A model generated the notes under the pieces. The model saw nothing but the letters and a program-made list of their open reading frames with translations. It made no database searches and had not been told where the DNA came from. A stretch of DNA of 24,991 bases from a virus (taxonomy: Duplodnaviria > Caudoviricetes), in IMG/VR virus record IMGVR_UViG_3300050153_000007, positions 1-24,991 of that record; one strand, 5' to 3'. The stretch's first letter is position 1. Every line of letters begins with the position of its first letter. This document shows positions 1 to 8,204 of this stretch, in pieces. A program made the position numbers and the translations under genes.

Positions 1-2
1 TT

Positions 3-944
3 GCCCCGCCCGGGCGCAAGCTGGTGGTCTCCGACTTGTCCAACATCGAAGGCCGGGTGCTGGCCTGGCTGGCAGGCGAGTCCTGGAAGCTGCAGGCCTT
101 CCGCGACTTCGACGCAGGCCTTGGCGCCGACCTCTACAAGCTGGCCTACGCCAAGGCCTTTGGTATCCACCCCGACGAGGTGGACGACGGCGACATGCGC
201 CAGGTCGGCAAGGTCATGGAGCTGGCCCTGGGCTATGAGGGCGGGGTCGGCGCCTTCCTCACGTTCGCCGCGGTCTACGGCATCGACCTGGAAGCCCTGG
301 CCGAGGTGGCATGGGCCACGATCCCCGCCCACATCCTGGAGGAGGCCGAAGGGTTCTACGCCTGGGCCGTCAAGCAAAAGCGCAGCACCTTTGGCCTGAG
401 CGAGAAGGCCTTCGTGGTCTGCGACTCACTCAAGCGCATGTGGCGCGAGGCTCACCACTCGACCGCCAGCTTTTGGAAGGAGCTGCAGGCAGCGTGCATC
501 GACGCCACTGAAAACCCCGGTGTCACCATTCAGTGCCGCAAGCTCAAGGTCCGACGCGACGGTGCGTGGCTGCGTATCGCCCTGCCATCGGGCCGGGCGC
601 TGTGCTATCCCTATCCTCAAGTGCGCGACGGCAAGCTGTCCTACATGGGCATGAACCAGTACACGCGCCAATGGCAGCGCCTGGGCACCTATGGCGGCAA
701 GCTGGTGGAGAACGTCACCCAGGCCGTGGCCCGCGACATCATCGCTGCGAACATGCCAGCGGCCGAGGCAGCTGGCTACGAGATCGTGCTGACCGTGCAC
801 GACGAGGACATCACCGAGACCCCCGACACGCCGGAGTTCAACCCCGACGGCCTGGCCGCCATCATGTCGACACGCCCCGCGTGGGCCCCTGACTTGCCGC
901 TGGCTGCTGCTGGGTTTGAGGGCCGTAGGTATCGCAAGGACTGA
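3..944 (+). CDS. Phage DNA polymerase family A, C-terminal part (5' truncated by window)
   Basis: Frame is open from base 3 ([10 protein letters not shown]). Motif A DLSNIEGR, motif [14 protein letters not shown] and motif C VHDE are present, plus [16 protein letters not shown], typical of the APSE/SPO2-like PolA group. Confidence 0.96.
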   Translation, partial: APPGRKLVVSDLSNIEGRVLAWLAGESWKLQAFRDFDAGLGADLYKLAYAKAFGIHPDEVDDGDMRQVGKVMELALGYEGGVGAFLTFAAVYGIDLEALAEVAWATIPAHILEEAEGFYAWAVKQKRSTFGLSEKAFVVCDSLKRMWREAHHSTASFWKELQAACIDATENPGVTIQCRKLKVRRDGAWLRIALPSGRALCYPYPQVRDGKLSYMGMNQYTRQWQRLGTYGGKLVENVTQAVARDIIAANMPAAEAAGYEIVLTVHDEDITETPDTPEFNPDGLAAIMSTRPAWAPDLPLAAAGFEGRRYRKD

Positions 945-947
945 GTC

Positions 948-1274
948 GTGCTCAAGTACGACAACCTCTACCACCGGCTTGTGGCCAACGTCACGGTGCC
1001 AGAGCACCAGTGTGAGAGCACGGGCTGCTGGGAGCACCCTGGCGCGTTGAACAAACGGTACGGCTACCCCAGGGTGAACGTGCGGCGGGGCGGCAAGCAC
1101 GTCTGCGCCTACGCGCACGTGCTCATGTTCGTACATTGCTACGGGCCCGTGCCAGCAGGGCACGAGGTCGATCACACGTGCCACAACCACAGGTGTATCA
1201 ACCCTGACCACTTGCGCGCCCTGACCGTGGCCGAGAACCGACGGCGCAACCAGTGGTCGCTGCGGGACAGCTAA
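948..1274 (+). CDS. HNH (His-Me finger) endonuclease, free-standing
   Basis: CWEHPG...YGYP...YAH...GPVP..EVDHTCHNHRCINPDHL..LTVAEN pattern; starts 3 nt after the polA stop. Confidence 0.9.
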   Translation: MLKYDNLYHRLVANVTVPEHQCESTGCWEHPGALNKRYGYPRVNVRRGGKHVCAYAHVLMFVHCYGPVPAGHEVDHTCHNHRCINPDHLRALTVAENRRRNQWSLRDS

Positions 1275-1305
1275 AAATAAATAGCGATATAAGCACACAC
1301 AGCCG

Positions 1306-1322
1306 TTAGCACGTGCTAAAGT
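1306..1322 (+). promoter_or_regulatory. Perfect 14-bp palindrome TTAGCACGTGCTAA (candidate operator) overlapping an extended -10-like element TGcTAAAGT
   Basis: Palindrome at 1306-1319 in an AT-rich intergenic gap. TGnTAAAGT at 1314-1322. AGGAG SD before the ATG at 1360. No convincing -35. Confidence 0.6.
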
Positions 1323-1359
1323 TCACCCATCGACTGACCAACCGCAACAGGAGCTAAAT

Positions 1360-1572
1360 ATGCTGAGTATTCACCAAGCCAGGGGCCTAGCCGACTGGGT
1401 CAACACCCACGACGACGGCACGCCCCAACCGCGCGCCGAGATTGAAGCGCTTCGCGTACCGGGCCGCTGGCGCGTGGCCATTCGCAGCACCGTGCTCGCT
1501 AACGGCGAGGACGCAGTGGAGACCGATCATGCCGCCTCACTCGCTGAAGCGCGCAACATTCTGGGGTACTGA
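1360..1572 (+). CDS. Hypothetical phage protein, 70 aa
   Basis: Strong AGGAG SD, ATG start, C-terminal EARNILGY; tightly followed by the next ORF. Confidence 0.75.
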   Translation: MLSIHQARGLADWVNTHDDGTPQPRAEIEALRVPGRWRVAIRSTVLANGEDAVETDHAASLAEARNILGY

Positions 1573-1574
1573 CT

Positions 1575-1841
1575 ATGGGCCACCTCGCCAAAGCCCACTG
1601 GGCCTCGAAGGCCCGCACCATGACAGCCCGCTACGCTGGCAAGTGCTCCGTCACTGGCAAGGCCATCAAGCCAGGTGACACCATCGAGTACCTGCCCGCC
1701 ACCCGCGAGTCGCGCCTGGTCGCGTCAAACACCCAACCGCAACGCATCAGCGATGTGATCGAGACATCGGGCGGCGTGTTCTACCGCAACAAAAGCGGCC
1801 GTTGCGAGGATGCCCCTTGCTGTGGCTGCTGCACCATCTGA
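1575..1841 (+). CDS. Small Cys-rich phage protein (ARYAGKC...IKPGD and GRCEDAPCCGCC motifs)
   Basis: ATG 2 nt after the previous stop. Zn-finger-like N-terminal segment and C-terminal Cys cluster of a kind seen in small phage proteins. Confidence 0.8.
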   Translation: MGHLAKAHWASKARTMTARYAGKCSVTGKAIKPGDTIEYLPATRESRLVASNTQPQRISDVIETSGGVFYRNKSGRCEDAPCCGCCTI

Positions 1842-1851
1842 GGAGATCGCC

Positions 1852-1965
1852 ATGCCCGATGAAGACCCCTTCAACATCCTGCAGTTCTCCTACTGCAAGC
1901 TGTACCTATACGCCGCCCTCGTGGCGGCGGCCATCACCGCCATCGTCATTGCCCTTGTGGGTTGA
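1852..1965 (+). CDS. Small membrane peptide, 37 aa (MPDEDPFNILQFSYCKLYLYAALVAAAITAIVIALVG); not in ORF track
   Basis: GAGGAG SD at 1840-1845, ATG 1852, TGA 1963-1965, one C-terminal hydrophobic helix. Confidence 0.7.
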   Translation: MPDEDPFNILQFSYCKLYLYAALVAAAITAIVIALVG

Positions 1966-1976
1966 AAGCTGAGAAC

Positions 1977-2048
1977 ATGATCGACAAACTGTACGCGGCG
2001 GCCACCATCGTGCTGATGATCGGCGTGATGCTGGCCTGGAGGGGTTGA
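1977..2048 (+). CDS. Possible 23-aa hydrophobic peptide (MIDKLYAAATIVLMIGVMLAWRG); not in ORF track
   Basis: Fills the gap between the 37-aa ORF and VRR-NUC with GC3-rich codons; weak SD (GAG). Confidence 0.5.
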   Translation: MIDKLYAAATIVLMIGVMLAWRG

Positions 2049-2051
2049 GCC

Positions 2052-2348
2052 ATGCGCGAATCTGAAATTGAAAAGCACCTGGTCAAGCGGGTCAAAGAGC
2101 TGGGCGGCGAGTGCCGCAAGATCCAGTTCATTGGCCGACGTGGAGCGCCCGACCGCCTCGTGATGCTGCCCCGTGGCCGCGCAAGCACCGGAAGGTTCAC
2201 GACGTGCTCGACCATCTGGGTCGAGCTCAAAGCGCCGGGCAAGAAGGCCGAGCCACACCAGGCCCGCGAGCACGAGCGCATGCGGGCCATGGGCCAGATG
2301 GTTGTGGTGATTGACTCCATCGAAGGGGTTGAGGAGTTGCTGTCGTGA
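2052..2348 (+). CDS. VRR-NUC domain nuclease (PD-(D/E)xK)
   Basis: MRESEIEKHL...GRRGAPDRLV...WVELKAPG...HQAREH; GGAGG SD; typical polA/VRR-NUC/SNF2 context. Confidence 0.92.
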   Translation: MRESEIEKHLVKRVKELGGECRKIQFIGRRGAPDRLVMLPRGRASTGRFTTCSTIWVELKAPGKKAEPHQAREHERMRAMGQMVVVIDSIEGVEELLS

Positions 2349-2512
2349 AAGCCATGTCAACAGAAGCTGCCGCGCGGCTGGGGTACTCGGCCGACAAGCG
2401 CAAGCGACGCCGGCAGCACCGCGCCAACGCCCGTGAGCTTGGCCTTTACGGCGGGAGCATCTTCGCAAGCGTGCGATGGTGGAACCTGCAACAAGCACGG
2501 AGTATTAAGTGA
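2345..2512 (+). CDS. Hypothetical basic protein, 55 aa; not in ORF track
   Basis: GTGA overlap with the VRR-NUC stop and TGATG overlap with the next start, so coupled at both ends. Arg/Lys run KRKRRRQHR. Confidence 0.6.
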   Translation: MKAMSTEAAARLGYSADKRKRRRQHRANARELGLYGGSIFASVRWWNLQQARSIK

Positions 2513-2736
2513 TGCCAAGAGGAACCAACGTCGACCGGGTTGCAGCCGCCGTTCAGCTGCTGACCAAGGCCCCCCGCACCGTGCAGGAGCTGGGCCGCCT
2601 GCTGGGTATCCCCGCCCCCGCCTGGCTGCGCCATTGGCTGAAGGCCTTCGAGGCTGAAGGCCTGATCGAGCAAGATGGCAAGCGGCGCGAGAACGGCAGC
2701 CGCAAGCCCAGTGTCATATGGAAGTGGGTAGCATGA
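2512..2736 (+). CDS. Small winged helix-turn-helix protein
   Basis: [13 protein letters not shown]...[15 protein letters not shown] followed by a wing-like segment ending IWKWV. ATG at 2512 via TGATG overlap. Confidence 0.75.
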   Translation: MPRGTNVDRVAAAVQLLTKAPRTVQELGRLLGIPAPAWLRHWLKAFEAEGLIEQDGKRRENGSRKPSVIWKWVA

Positions 2737-3209
2737 TGGCCAAGTGGAAGGACATTCCTGGTGGGCGGTACGAGGTCAGCACCGACGGGCAAGTGCGGCG
2801 CAAAGCCTACCTGCTTAAACCGCACCCAACAAAGAACGGGGGCCACATGCAGCTCATTGTCGGCGGCGCCAACACATACGTGCACCGCCTCGTGGCGGAA
2901 GCCTTTCTCCCCAACCCGCTTGGCAAGAGGACAGTCAACCACATAAACGGCGACCCATCGGATAACCGGCTGTCGAATCTTGAATGGGCTACCCACGGCG
3001 AGAACATCTCCCACGGCTACCAGAGCAACGGCCGCGTTGGGTATAACTGTGTTCGAGTCGCCTCGGTAAACGTGGCGGACGGGGAGACCGTGCAAGCCTT
3101 CGGTAGCATGTCGGCTGCCGCAAAGGCCCATGGGGTCTCAAGAGGCGCAATTCGTGCGGCGGTTGCCGCCTACGGAACCTGCTGCGGGCTGCGGTGGGTG
3201 AGGCTATGA
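2733..3209 (+). CDS. NUMOD4-HNH homing endonuclease with C-terminal NUMOD1/IENR1-like HTH
   Basis: [16 protein letters not shown] (NUMOD4), [13 protein letters not shown]...[22 protein letters not shown] (HNH), [12 protein letters not shown] (NUMOD1-like). Start is 2733 or 2736. Confidence 0.93.
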   Translation: MMAKWKDIPGGRYEVSTDGQVRRKAYLLKPHPTKNGGHMQLIVGGANTYVHRLVAEAFLPNPLGKRTVNHINGDPSDNRLSNLEWATHGENISHGYQSNGRVGYNCVRVASVNVADGETVQAFGSMSAAAKAHGVSRGAIRAAVAAYGTCCGLRWVRL

Positions 3210-4585
3210 CAAGAAGAGAATACACCCCTAGGCCTTGGCAGCCGCAAATGACAAAACACATCCTGGACGTGGAGCGCTGCGCGTTGTTTTGCCCCATGGG
3301 CTCCGGTAAAACTGGAGCTGCCCTGACCGCAATCGACTCTCTGTTTCTCGCGGGGGAGGACCACCCGGTGCTTGTCGTTGCCCCGTTGCGTGTGGCCAAG
3401 ACTGTGTGGTTGGAAGAGACGCGCAAGTGGAATCACCTGCGGCATGTCTCAGTGATGCCGGTCGTGGGCACCGAGGCTGAACGACGCTCTGCCTTGCGCT
3501 ACGATGCCAGCGTCTTCACCACCAACTTCGAGAACCTCGAATGGCTCGTTGAGCACTTCGGCGAGCGCTGGCCATTTCGCACCATCGTTGCTGACGAGCT
3601 GACCAAGCTGAAGTCCTTCCGGCTCAAGCAAGGCGGCAAGCGGGCCACGGCCCTGGCCAAGGTGGCGCACCCCAAGGTGCAGCGCTTCATCGGCCTGACC
3701 GGTACGCCCTCCCCCAACGGCCTGCAGGACCTGTGGGGGCAGGTGTGGTTCCTTGATGGGGGCGAGCGACTGGGCCGCAGCTTCGAGGCCTTCAAGCAGC
3801 GCTGGTTCCAAAAGCGCCACGACGGCTATGGTCTGGACCCGCTGCCCTTTGCGCAAGAGCAGATCCAGGACAAGCTGCGCGACATCTGCCTGACGGTCGA
3901 CCTGGCCGACTACCTGGACTTGGAAAAGCCAGTGGTCAACAACATCTACGTGGACCTGCCGCCACGGGCCCGTGCGCTGTACCGGGACATGGAGCGCAAG
4001 ATGTTCATGGAGCTGGAGGGCCACGGGGTCGAGGTGTTCAACGCTGCGGCGCGCACGGGCAAGTGTCTGCAGATCGCCAATGGCGCCGCGTACATCGACG
4101 ACAAACAGAACTGGAAAGAGATCCACGACGAGAAGCTGCAGGCCCTGGAGGACATCATCGAAGAGAGCAGCGGCAGCCCGGTGCTGGTGGCGTTCAACTT
4201 CAAGTCGGACCTGGCCCGTTTGCAGAAGGCCTTCCCCAAGGGCAAGACCCTGTCGAACGACAGTCAGATGAAAGACTTCAAAACCGGCAAGTTCGAGGTG
4301 GGCTTTGGGCACCCGGCCAGCATGGGCCATGGCGTTGACGGTTTGCAGGAGCACTGCCACACCATCGTCTTCTTTGGGTTAAATTGGAACCTCGAAGAGC
4401 GGCTGCAGTTCGTCGAACGGGTGGGCCCGGTGCGCCAGATGCAAGCTGGCAAGAAGCGCATCGTCACCATCCACAACATCATCGCCCGTGGGACAGTCGA
4501 TGAGATGGTTCTGGAACGCGTTGACTCTAAGCGCGAGGTGCAGGACATCCTATTGGCAGCCATGAACCGAGGTAGAAGCACATGA
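3206..4585 (+). CDS. SNF2-family (SF2) phage helicase
   Basis: PRPWQ Q-motif, PMGSGKT Walker A, IVADE Walker B, GLTGTP motif [16 protein letters not shown] motif V, ERVGPVRQ motif VI. ATGA overlap at 3206. Confidence 0.95.
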   Translation: MTRREYTPRPWQPQMTKHILDVERCALFCPMGSGKTGAALTAIDSLFLAGEDHPVLVVAPLRVAKTVWLEETRKWNHLRHVSVMPVVGTEAERRSALRYDASVFTTNFENLEWLVEHFGERWPFRTIVADELTKLKSFRLKQGGKRATALAKVAHPKVQRFIGLTGTPSPNGLQDLWGQVWFLDGGERLGRSFEAFKQRWFQKRHDGYGLDPLPFAQEQIQDKLRDICLTVDLADYLDLEKPVVNNIYVDLPPRARALYRDMERKMFMELEGHGVEVFNAAARTGKCLQIANGAAYIDDKQNWKEIHDEKLQALEDIIEESSGSPVLVAFNFKSDLARLQKAFPKGKTLSNDSQMKDFKTGKFEVGFGHPASMGHGVDGLQEHCHTIVFFGLNWNLEERLQFVERVGPVRQMQAGKKRIVTIHNIIARGTVDEMVLERVDSKREVQDILLAAMNRGRST

Positions 4586-5097
4586 TAAAAATACCTGTCG
4601 CCGAACTACGCGCCCGACTAATTCTGGATCTTGCCACTGGGGTTCTGACGTGGCGGGCGACGCACGCACCAGGGTCCTGGGACTCACGCCATGCCGGGAG
4701 GAGGGCGGGCGCCGACAAAGGCAATGGCTACCGGGTGCTTAGAATAGGCGGCGTCAGCTACCAGGAGCATCGAATAGTGTTCGCGCTGGCGTTTGGCTTT
4801 GACCCTGCAGCTTCTCTCGTTGACCACATAAATGGTGTGAGACACGACAACCGGCCATCTAATCTGCAACTGGCTTCTAGTGCGGAGAACGTGAGCAAAC
4901 GCCACCGCAAAAACGCCAACAACACGACGGGCGTGCACGGCGTTAGCGCGCATAAAGCATCGGGGAAGTTCATGGCGCAAATAAAGGTGCGCCGCCGTAA
5001 TTTGTATCTTGGCCTGTTCTGTACCCCAGAGGCCGCTGCAGAGGCTCGGGCGGCGGCGGAGCGAGAGCACTTCAAGGCGTTTGCGCCGAAACTTTGA
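4582..5097 (+). CDS. HNH-AP2 homing endonuclease
   Basis: HRIVF...VDHINGVRHDNRPSNL...EN, then NNTTGVHGV...KFMAQI....LYLGLF.TPEAAAEA (AP2 domain). More A/T-ending codons than the flanking genes. Confidence 0.93.
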   Translation: MIKIPVAELRARLILDLATGVLTWRATHAPGSWDSRHAGRRAGADKGNGYRVLRIGGVSYQEHRIVFALAFGFDPAASLVDHINGVRHDNRPSNLQLASSAENVSKRHRKNANNTTGVHGVSAHKASGKFMAQIKVRRRNLYLGLFCTPEAAAEARAAAEREHFKAFAPKL

Positions 5098-5110
5098 AAA
5101 AGACAACGCC

Positions 5111-5338
5111 ATGACCACAGCTACAACCACCTCAGCCCTCGATGTGCAGGTCACGGGAGATCACTACAAGAGCCTGAAGATCCAGCCCATCGAGTACATC
5201 CACGCCAACGGCATCCCCTTCGCCGAGGGTAGCGTCATCAAGTACGTCACCCGCTGGCGCGACAAAGGCGGCATCAAGGACCTGGAGAAGGCCCGCCACT
5301 TCCTAGACTTGCTGATAGAACTGGAGAGCCGCAAGTGA
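5111..5338 (+). CDS. DUF3310 family protein (T7 gp1.7 nucleotide kinase-like)
   Basis: QVTGDHY...IQPIEYI...F.EGSVIKYVTRW..KGGIKDLEKARHFL. The ATG at 5111 is preferred over the ORF-track start inside the HNH gene. Confidence 0.88.
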   Translation: MTTATTTSALDVQVTGDHYKSLKIQPIEYIHANGIPFAEGSVIKYVTRWRDKGGIKDLEKARHFLDLLIELESRK

Positions 5339-5673
5339 ACCACCAAGACGCCATCGCCAAAGCGGTCGACGACTGGATCGAGATGGAGGCGAAGGCCCTG
5401 GCCTTCGATCTGCTGTGGGATTACCTGGCGGACCAGAAGCCTGGTTGGGTGCGCAACAACGAAGTGCTGGACCGAATGGCCTTACTTACCGGCCAGCATC
5501 TCGGTCTTGCGCCCGCTGTCGTGCGTGGTGCCGAACCAGAAGGCCATCACCATGCCCCAGCCCGTGCCGAGGGAGCCGAGCATGAGCAGCAGGGCCTGGC
5601 TGTCACTGACCTTGAGGTCCCCCAGGAGCATGCCGATCAGGATGCCGAAGTACCCAGTGGTGACGACAAATGA
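5335..5673 (+). CDS. Hypothetical protein; 3' 192 nt antiparallel to the holin-like gene
   Basis: GTGA coupling to the DUF3310 stop and GGAG SD. The first ~50 aa look protein-like; the rest is the antisense of 5482-5994. Confidence 0.55.
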   Translation: MNHQDAIAKAVDDWIEMEAKALAFDLLWDYLADQKPGWVRNNEVLDRMALLTGQHLGLAPAVVRGAEPEGHHHAPARAEGAEHEQQGLAVTDLEVPQEHADQDAEVPSGDDK

Positions 5674-5994
5674 CAGCAGGGCGGGTGTCTTGGCCCGCGT
5701 GGTCTTGAGCAAGTCGCGGGCGTCCTTGCGGTCGCCAGCTGCGATGGCTTCGAGGTCGGCCACCTGCTTGAAGCCCAGCTCCTGCATGCGCAGTGCAAAG
5801 TCCTGGTCAGCCTTCTTGAGCGCGAGCATCTGGTCGGGGGTGACGCCGACCAGGGCCTGCTTCACTGCGTCAGTGGTCTTCTCACTGACGCCCCAAGCAT
5901 CGGCGATGGCCCCCACGGCCATGCCGCCAAGCGGCCCGCCCAGCGCGGTGCCGATCCACGGCGCCACGGTCTTGATGATGCTTTGCCATTCCAT
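5482..5994 (-). CDS. Holin-like membrane protein (GTA 3TM holin-like)
   Basis: VAPWIGTALGGPLGG N-terminus, DRKDAR motif, two C-terminal TM helices ending FWFGTT; AAGGAG SD; directly after the lysozyme. Confidence 0.75.
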   Translation of the reverse strand: MEWQSIIKTVAPWIGTALGGPLGGMAVGAIADAWGVSEKTTDAVKQALVGVTPDQMLALKKADQDFALRMQELGFKQVADLEAIAAGDRKDARDLLKTTRAKTPALLSFVVTTGYFGILIGMLLGDLKVSDSQALLLMLGSLGTGWGMVMAFWFGTTHDSGRKTEMLAGK

Positions 5995-5995
5995 G

Positions 5996-6433
5996 TCAGA
6001 CTCCTTTTTCCATCAGCACTGCCAGGCGTTCCGCGCGTGGGCCGACTTGCCTGGCCCACAGGGACTGGCGCATGCCCTTGGCAGCGTCCGCCCATCGGCC
6101 CTCATTGATGGCGCGGATGGTGTTGCTGAAGCCCGCCAGGCGCCGGTAGCCGAGGTTGAAGGCCATGTTGACCATGGCCCGCTGCCGGGCTTCACTCAGG
6201 CCGTCGAAGTGGGGCAGGAGCTTGCGCGCGTCCAACTCCGCATCTGCGATGTCCTGCTCCAGGTACAGGCTTGACTCGTGGGGCTCGATCTCCATGCCCT
6301 CGTGCACCTCCGGCCCGGTGTGCCCGACGCCGATTGTCCACGGCTCGGCCTTGGTCAAGGGGTCAGGGTAGGCCTTGAGCTTCTCGCCCTCGTCGCGGCG
6401 TAGGTCAAAGCGAAGTTGGTCGCGGTAGCTCAC
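5996..6433 (-). CDS. Endolysin, T4-lysozyme-like (GH24) muramidase
   Basis: DEG...AYPD......WTIGVGH catalytic E/D/T pattern, VNMAFNLG, SLWARQVGPRAERL. GTG at 6433 overlaps the upstream stop (GTGA). Confidence 0.92.
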   Translation of the reverse strand: MSYRDQLRFDLRRDEGEKLKAYPDPLTKAEPWTIGVGHTGPEVHEGMEIEPHESSLYLEQDIADAELDARKLLPHFDGLSEARQRAMVNMAFNLGYRRLAGFSNTIRAINEGRWADAAKGMRQSLWARQVGPRAERLAVLMEKGV

Positions 6434-6699
6434 GGCATGCCTTTCAGACTGAGGTGTTGCAGCAGCCAGGTCAGCAGGCCCCCGAAGGTTGCCGACGCGC
6501 CGCCGAGCAGCATCATCATCCGCCACCCGCCACGGGCCTCCGACATCGTGGTGTTCACGTTGTTCAGGGCTGCGGTCAACCGCTCGACCGCACCGGCCAA
6601 GAGGTCCACGTCACGGCGCAGGTGGGACAACTCCGCTTTCAGGACGGCGATGTCCAGGTTGGCTTGATGGACGTCTTGGTGGAAGGTGGTGTCTGGCAT
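6430..6699 (-). CDS. Coiled-coil plus C-terminal TM protein upstream of endolysin (holin/XhlA-like)
   Basis: Heptad pattern IAVLKAELSHLRRDVDLL, then ARGGWR and a hydrophobic segment; coupled to the lysozyme. Confidence 0.7.
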   Translation of the reverse strand: MPDTTFHQDVHQANLDIAVLKAELSHLRRDVDLLAGAVERLTAALNNVNTTMSEARGGWRMMMLLGGASATFGGLLTWLLQHLSLKGMP

Positions 6700-6706
6700 T
6701 GGCGTC

Positions 6707-7066
6707 TCAGAATGGGTGCTCGATGGACAGGGTCACGCCCGTCGTGCTCGTCTTCACTTTGGCGAGGTAGGACGCGCGCAACCACCAGCGCTCGTCCAGC
6801 GAGACGGCGACGGAAGGCACGAGCAGCGAAAAAACGGGGCGGGCTTTGTACCCGGCGACGAGGCCCGCAACCAGGCCGGCTTTGGCTTTGACAAGGCCGA
6901 GGGTGATTGTGTTGGTCTCGGGAGCCCAGCCTGCCCAAGCGCCGAGGCGGCACTCGGAGTTTTTGAAGATGCCAGCGGTGTACTCGTCCACCACGAGGTA
7001 CGCGCCCATCGTGTTGCTGCACGGTACAGGCGCATCGTGGAAGGTGTGGAGTAGGAGGCCGATCAT
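6707..7066 (-). CDS. Putative small beta-barrel protein (PagP-like motif pattern)
   Basis: H...N.MGAY...GIFKNS..R...WAG...GLVAGY...P...VPS, alternating beta strands and a terminal Phe (SIEHPF). GAGGG SD precedes the ATG at 7066. Confidence 0.55.
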   Translation of the reverse strand: MIGLLLHTFHDAPVPCSNTMGAYLVVDEYTAGIFKNSECRLGAWAGWAPETNTITLGLVKAKAGLVAGLVAGYKARPVFSLLVPSVAVSLDERWWLRASYLAKVKTSTTGVTLSIEHPF

Positions 7067-7070
7067 GGTG

Positions 7071-8204
7071 TCAGCCCTCAATGAAAACAGTAGCGGCCCC
7101 AGAGTTGAAGTTCAGGGCTGAGTCATAAGACTTGATTCTGAACTGCGTCAGCGGCCCCGTTAGGGCTACCGCCCCATGAGCGATCTGCGTCCCGCTATTT
7201 GCTGCGGAGTCAAGGGAGCCGGCGGTTTGAACCCAGTTTGTGCCGACAGACCCTGTACTGGAAATTAACCAAGAATCTCCCTGCATACGGGTGAGAATAA
7301 TCTCACCATAAAACAGTGATGCGGCTTGGTAAATGGTCCCAAATACACAGCTATCAGTCATCGTTGATGATTGCGATGTGCCATCCCCCCTGTAGCTGCG
7401 GTAAATCGAGGAGTAGAAGTTAGTTTTAAGCCCTGAAGACATCCCAAGCTGAAGCGAGAGGCGTCCGGCGGCTGTCATGCCACACCCCGTAATGCAAATC
7501 CGAACGCGCTTTGCCCAACCAGGGATCGACCCAACATCAAGCGATGCGAGGCCGGATAGGGCTACCACGTCATTGTCTTGAATCTTCCGATACCCACCCA
7601 ACTGCTGCAACGGCACCGCCTGTAGCGGCGCTGTTGCGTTGCCTGTGAGAATGGGCAAGGTGGCGGCGCTGACGGCTGCTGCTGCTGCACTTCCCGACGC
7701 CGACGTGGCACTGCCCGACGCCGACGTGGCACTGCTCTGGGCCGTCGACACCGCAGCCGACAACACGGACAGGTAGCCGTCAGGGGTGATGGGTGCCGAG
7801 CTGCTGATGGGCACCTTGAACGACCGGCTGACCTGCTCCTGCAGCTGCTGCGCCAGGATCGTCACCCGGTCCATCATGTCGTTGATGACGGTGGGGAAGA
7901 ACCCGCCGGTGTTGGTCAGCACCGTGGGCTGGGTCTGCGCCACCTGGCTACCCAAGGTGGTCAGATAGCCGGCTGCGGGGGGCACCAGCAGCGTGACCGT
8001 CCCGCCCGGTGTGGTGTCCTGGTTGGTATTGAGGCTGACCGTGTACTGCGAGGTGAGCGTGAGCACCGTCTCGATGCCTGCCAGGTCCGTCGCCACCACC
8101 AGCACATCGCTGGCCTGGAACACCTTGAAGGTGAACGGGAAAGAGGCGTTGACCCCGTCACCGGTGAACGGCCCTGCTTTGCGGACGGTGTTGCTGATGC
8201 TCAT
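7071..8204 (-). CDS. Tail fibre / receptor-binding protein
   Basis: N-terminal podovirus fibre anchor (GPFTGDGVNASFPFTFKVF...DRVTILAQQL), Ser/Ala linker, beta-rich C-terminal domain. Confidence 0.85.
   Translation of the reverse strand: MSISNTVRKAGPFTGDGVNASFPFTFKVFQASDVLVVATDLAGIETVLTLTSQYTVSLNTNQDTTPGGTVTLLVPPAAGYLTTLGSQVAQTQPTVLTNTGGFFPTVINDMMDRVTILAQQLQEQVSRSFKVPISSSAPITPDGYLSVLSAAVSTAQSSATSASGSATSASGSAAAAAVSAATLPILTGNATAPLQAVPLQQLGGYRKIQDNDVVALSGLASLDVGSIPGWAKRVRICITGCGMTAAGRLSLQLGMSSGLKTNFYSSIYRSYRGDGTSQSSTMTDSCVFGTIYQAASLFYGEIILTRMQGDSWLISSTGSVGTNWVQTAGSLDSAANSGTQIAHGAVALTGPLTQFRIKSYDSALNFNSGAATVFIEG
7693..7734. repeat. Tandem 21-bp repeat x2 (cccgacgccgacgtggcactg), coding the SATSASG linker
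   Basis: Exact copies at 7693-7713 and 7714-7734. Confidence 0.9.

Noticed and set aside
426-4360. Minus-strand ORFs (290, 202, 192, 303 aa) over the replication genes
   Set aside because: Antisense to well-supported genes, with no recognisable features.
944-5100. HNH genes as group I intron or intein cargo
   Set aside because: The polA and helicase frames are continuous with complete motifs, and the HNH ORFs lie between genes.
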